Below, in pieces: positions 62,855 through 64,000 of a DNA stretch of 64,000 nucleotides. The notes beneath the pieces are model-generated. The model had not been told where the DNA came from. It was given only the letters and a program-made list of their open reading frames with translations, and ran no database searches. The stretch lies in IMG/VR virus record IMGVR_UViG_3300011116_001007; one strand, written 5' to 3'. Positions within the stretch are counted from its first letter, which is position 1. The number at the start of each line of letters is the position of its first letter. This DNA is from a virus (lineage: Duplodnaviria; Caudoviricetes). A program made the translations under genes and the position numbers.

Positions 62855-63396
62855 TTAAATAATCCTTCAGTGCTCAATGCCAGTTCTTCACGATGCTGGT
62901 CCATGGCCGCTTGCAATGCCTGTTCAATAAATTGATTCAAAGTGATATCCTGTTCGTGTGCCAGTTTCATGTATAGAAACAACTCGTGTTCGGGCAAATC
63001 CAAATCCAAAGCCACTCGGGTATCATACTCTTGACCGTTCACAATGGCCTGAGCTTTTTCCAACCAATCAGACTCCACATCAAGATCTATGTGTTTGACA
63101 TCGTCCCAGGCAAAATCTCCCATGCCACGTTCCTCAGTTTCTTTGCGATGCTTTTCCACAAATTTGGGATTGATCAAGCGATAAGCCCGGTTGTGGGTGT
63201 AGTCACACACTTCAACTTCGTAGACCTTTTGACTCTTGGTGCTGAACACCATGTTGGCACTCCAGCCACCTGCGCCATGGAGGCCGTTCCAAGCACCAAT
63301 TTGATAACTGTTGGGGCCGTAACACTTCCACCCATAATCGTCGCCCTCGCCAATGCGATAGTTGATTGTTTCCATAAACTGCTGTACTGTGATCAT
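62851..63396 (-). CDS. Conserved hypothetical protein with C-terminal HicB/RHH-like segment
   Basis: AHEQDITLNQFIE.AL; GGAG SD. Confidence 0.65.
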   Translation of the reverse strand: MITVQQFMETINYRIGEGDDYGWKCYGPNSYQIGAWNGLHGAGGWSANMVFSTKSQKVYEVEVCDYTHNRAYRLINPKFVEKHRKETEERGMGDFAWDDVKHIDLDVESDWLEKAQAIVNGQEYDTRVALDLDLPEHELFLYMKLAHEQDITLNQFIEQALQAAMDQHREELALSTEGLFK

Positions 63397-63409
63397 ATTT
63401 ACTCCTGTA

Positions 63410-64000
63410 TTAAATCTTCTCGTTGGCTTCAAATCCACGGAATCTTACAAATCTCGGAAACCTCAAACTGTAGGTTCCGTCTTGGTTTTGCGTGACTGCA
63501 TCAGCTTCAACTTCAATGACGTTATCAAGCAAAGTATCACGTGTGTCCCAAAACCGCTGGCGATCATCGTCACTAAAACCGCTACCAACATTGACTCTAA
63601 TGTTTCTGTCATTGTCTGTTCCTTCACATATTATAGCACCCAAGCGGTCCGCATTGCGACCAGTTCCTTGCTCAAAACCCACAATATTGAGATCAACAGT
63701 GATGGTGGGTTTCCATTTCATCCAAAAGTCTGACCGCTTGCACTCATATGGTGCATCCAGATTCTTGATCATGATGCCCTCAAAGCCTTCAGCAACACAA
63801 TCCTGTGCATACCGATTCATCACGTCATGTCCTTCAGCTGTGTCCAAATCCACTTCAACACCACTCATTATACGCAAACAGGTGGTTTGAGCAAACTGGC
63901 GTTGGCACACTTTTTCCAACCAATCCAACCGTTTGCGTTGTTGTCTATTGCAATGTCCTTCTTTGAATTCATGCAAGCCCATGATATCAAACACATGATA
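63410..64000 (-). CDS. lig: ATP-dependent DNA ligase (N-terminus outside window)
   Basis: YHVFD, EGFEGIMIK, YECKRS..W.KWK, VGSGFSD, SLRFPRF. Confidence 0.92.
   Translation of the reverse strand, partial: YHVFDIMGLHEFKEGHCNRQQRKRLDWLEKVCQRQFAQTTCLRIMSGVEVDLDTAEGHDVMNRYAQDCVAEGFEGIMIKNLDAPYECKRSDFWMKWKPTITVDLNIVGFEQGTGRNADRLGAIICEGTDNDRNIRVNVGSGFSDDDRQRFWDTRDTLLDNVIEVEADAVTQNQDGTYSLRFPRFVRFRGFEANEKI

Noticed and set aside
1-64000. tRNA, rRNA, DGR or reverse transcriptase, IS elements
   Set aside because: No convincing cloverleaf or T-loop context, RT motif or transposase was seen by eye; a tRNAscan/Infernal run is still advisable

Overview
This window is a 64 kb slice of a large dsDNA tailed phage genome (T4-like or jumbo myovirus type). 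ErpA, ClpP and the phasin-like gene suggest a proteobacterial host, probably a Betaproteobacterium (inference). About 85% of genes lie on the minus strand. In order it holds: replication and chaperone genes (clamp loader, GroES, a short DnaE fragment); a virion structural block (3-15.6 kb); ErpA, SOD and IF-1; a 9-gene array of small '...FLLRW' proteins; SleB and NadE; a long early region of small genes, each behind a near-identical TTGACC-N17-TATAAT promoter; ClpP; a lipoprotein cluster; a second small-gene array ('MNERIKELA...EKFAELIV...HFGVEE') built on repeated junctions; a phasin-like gene; a sugar-modification cluster (2 amidinotransferases, NDP-sugar dehydrogenase, dioxygenase, GT-like and SGNH-like proteins, with uvsE inserted); ClpS, Hsp20 and ClpX; and DNA ligase. 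The most unusual signals are two independent mini-gene arrays whose conserved C-terminal codons double as the Shine-Dalgarno plus stop/start overlap of the next gene, ROSE-like thermometer hairpins on hsp20 and the phasin-like gene, many apparently leaderless genes, and the double-amidinotransferase sugar cluster. All calls come from reading motifs by eye; no searches were run. Several start codons were moved from the ORF track to the ATGA-overlap or SD-supported start.
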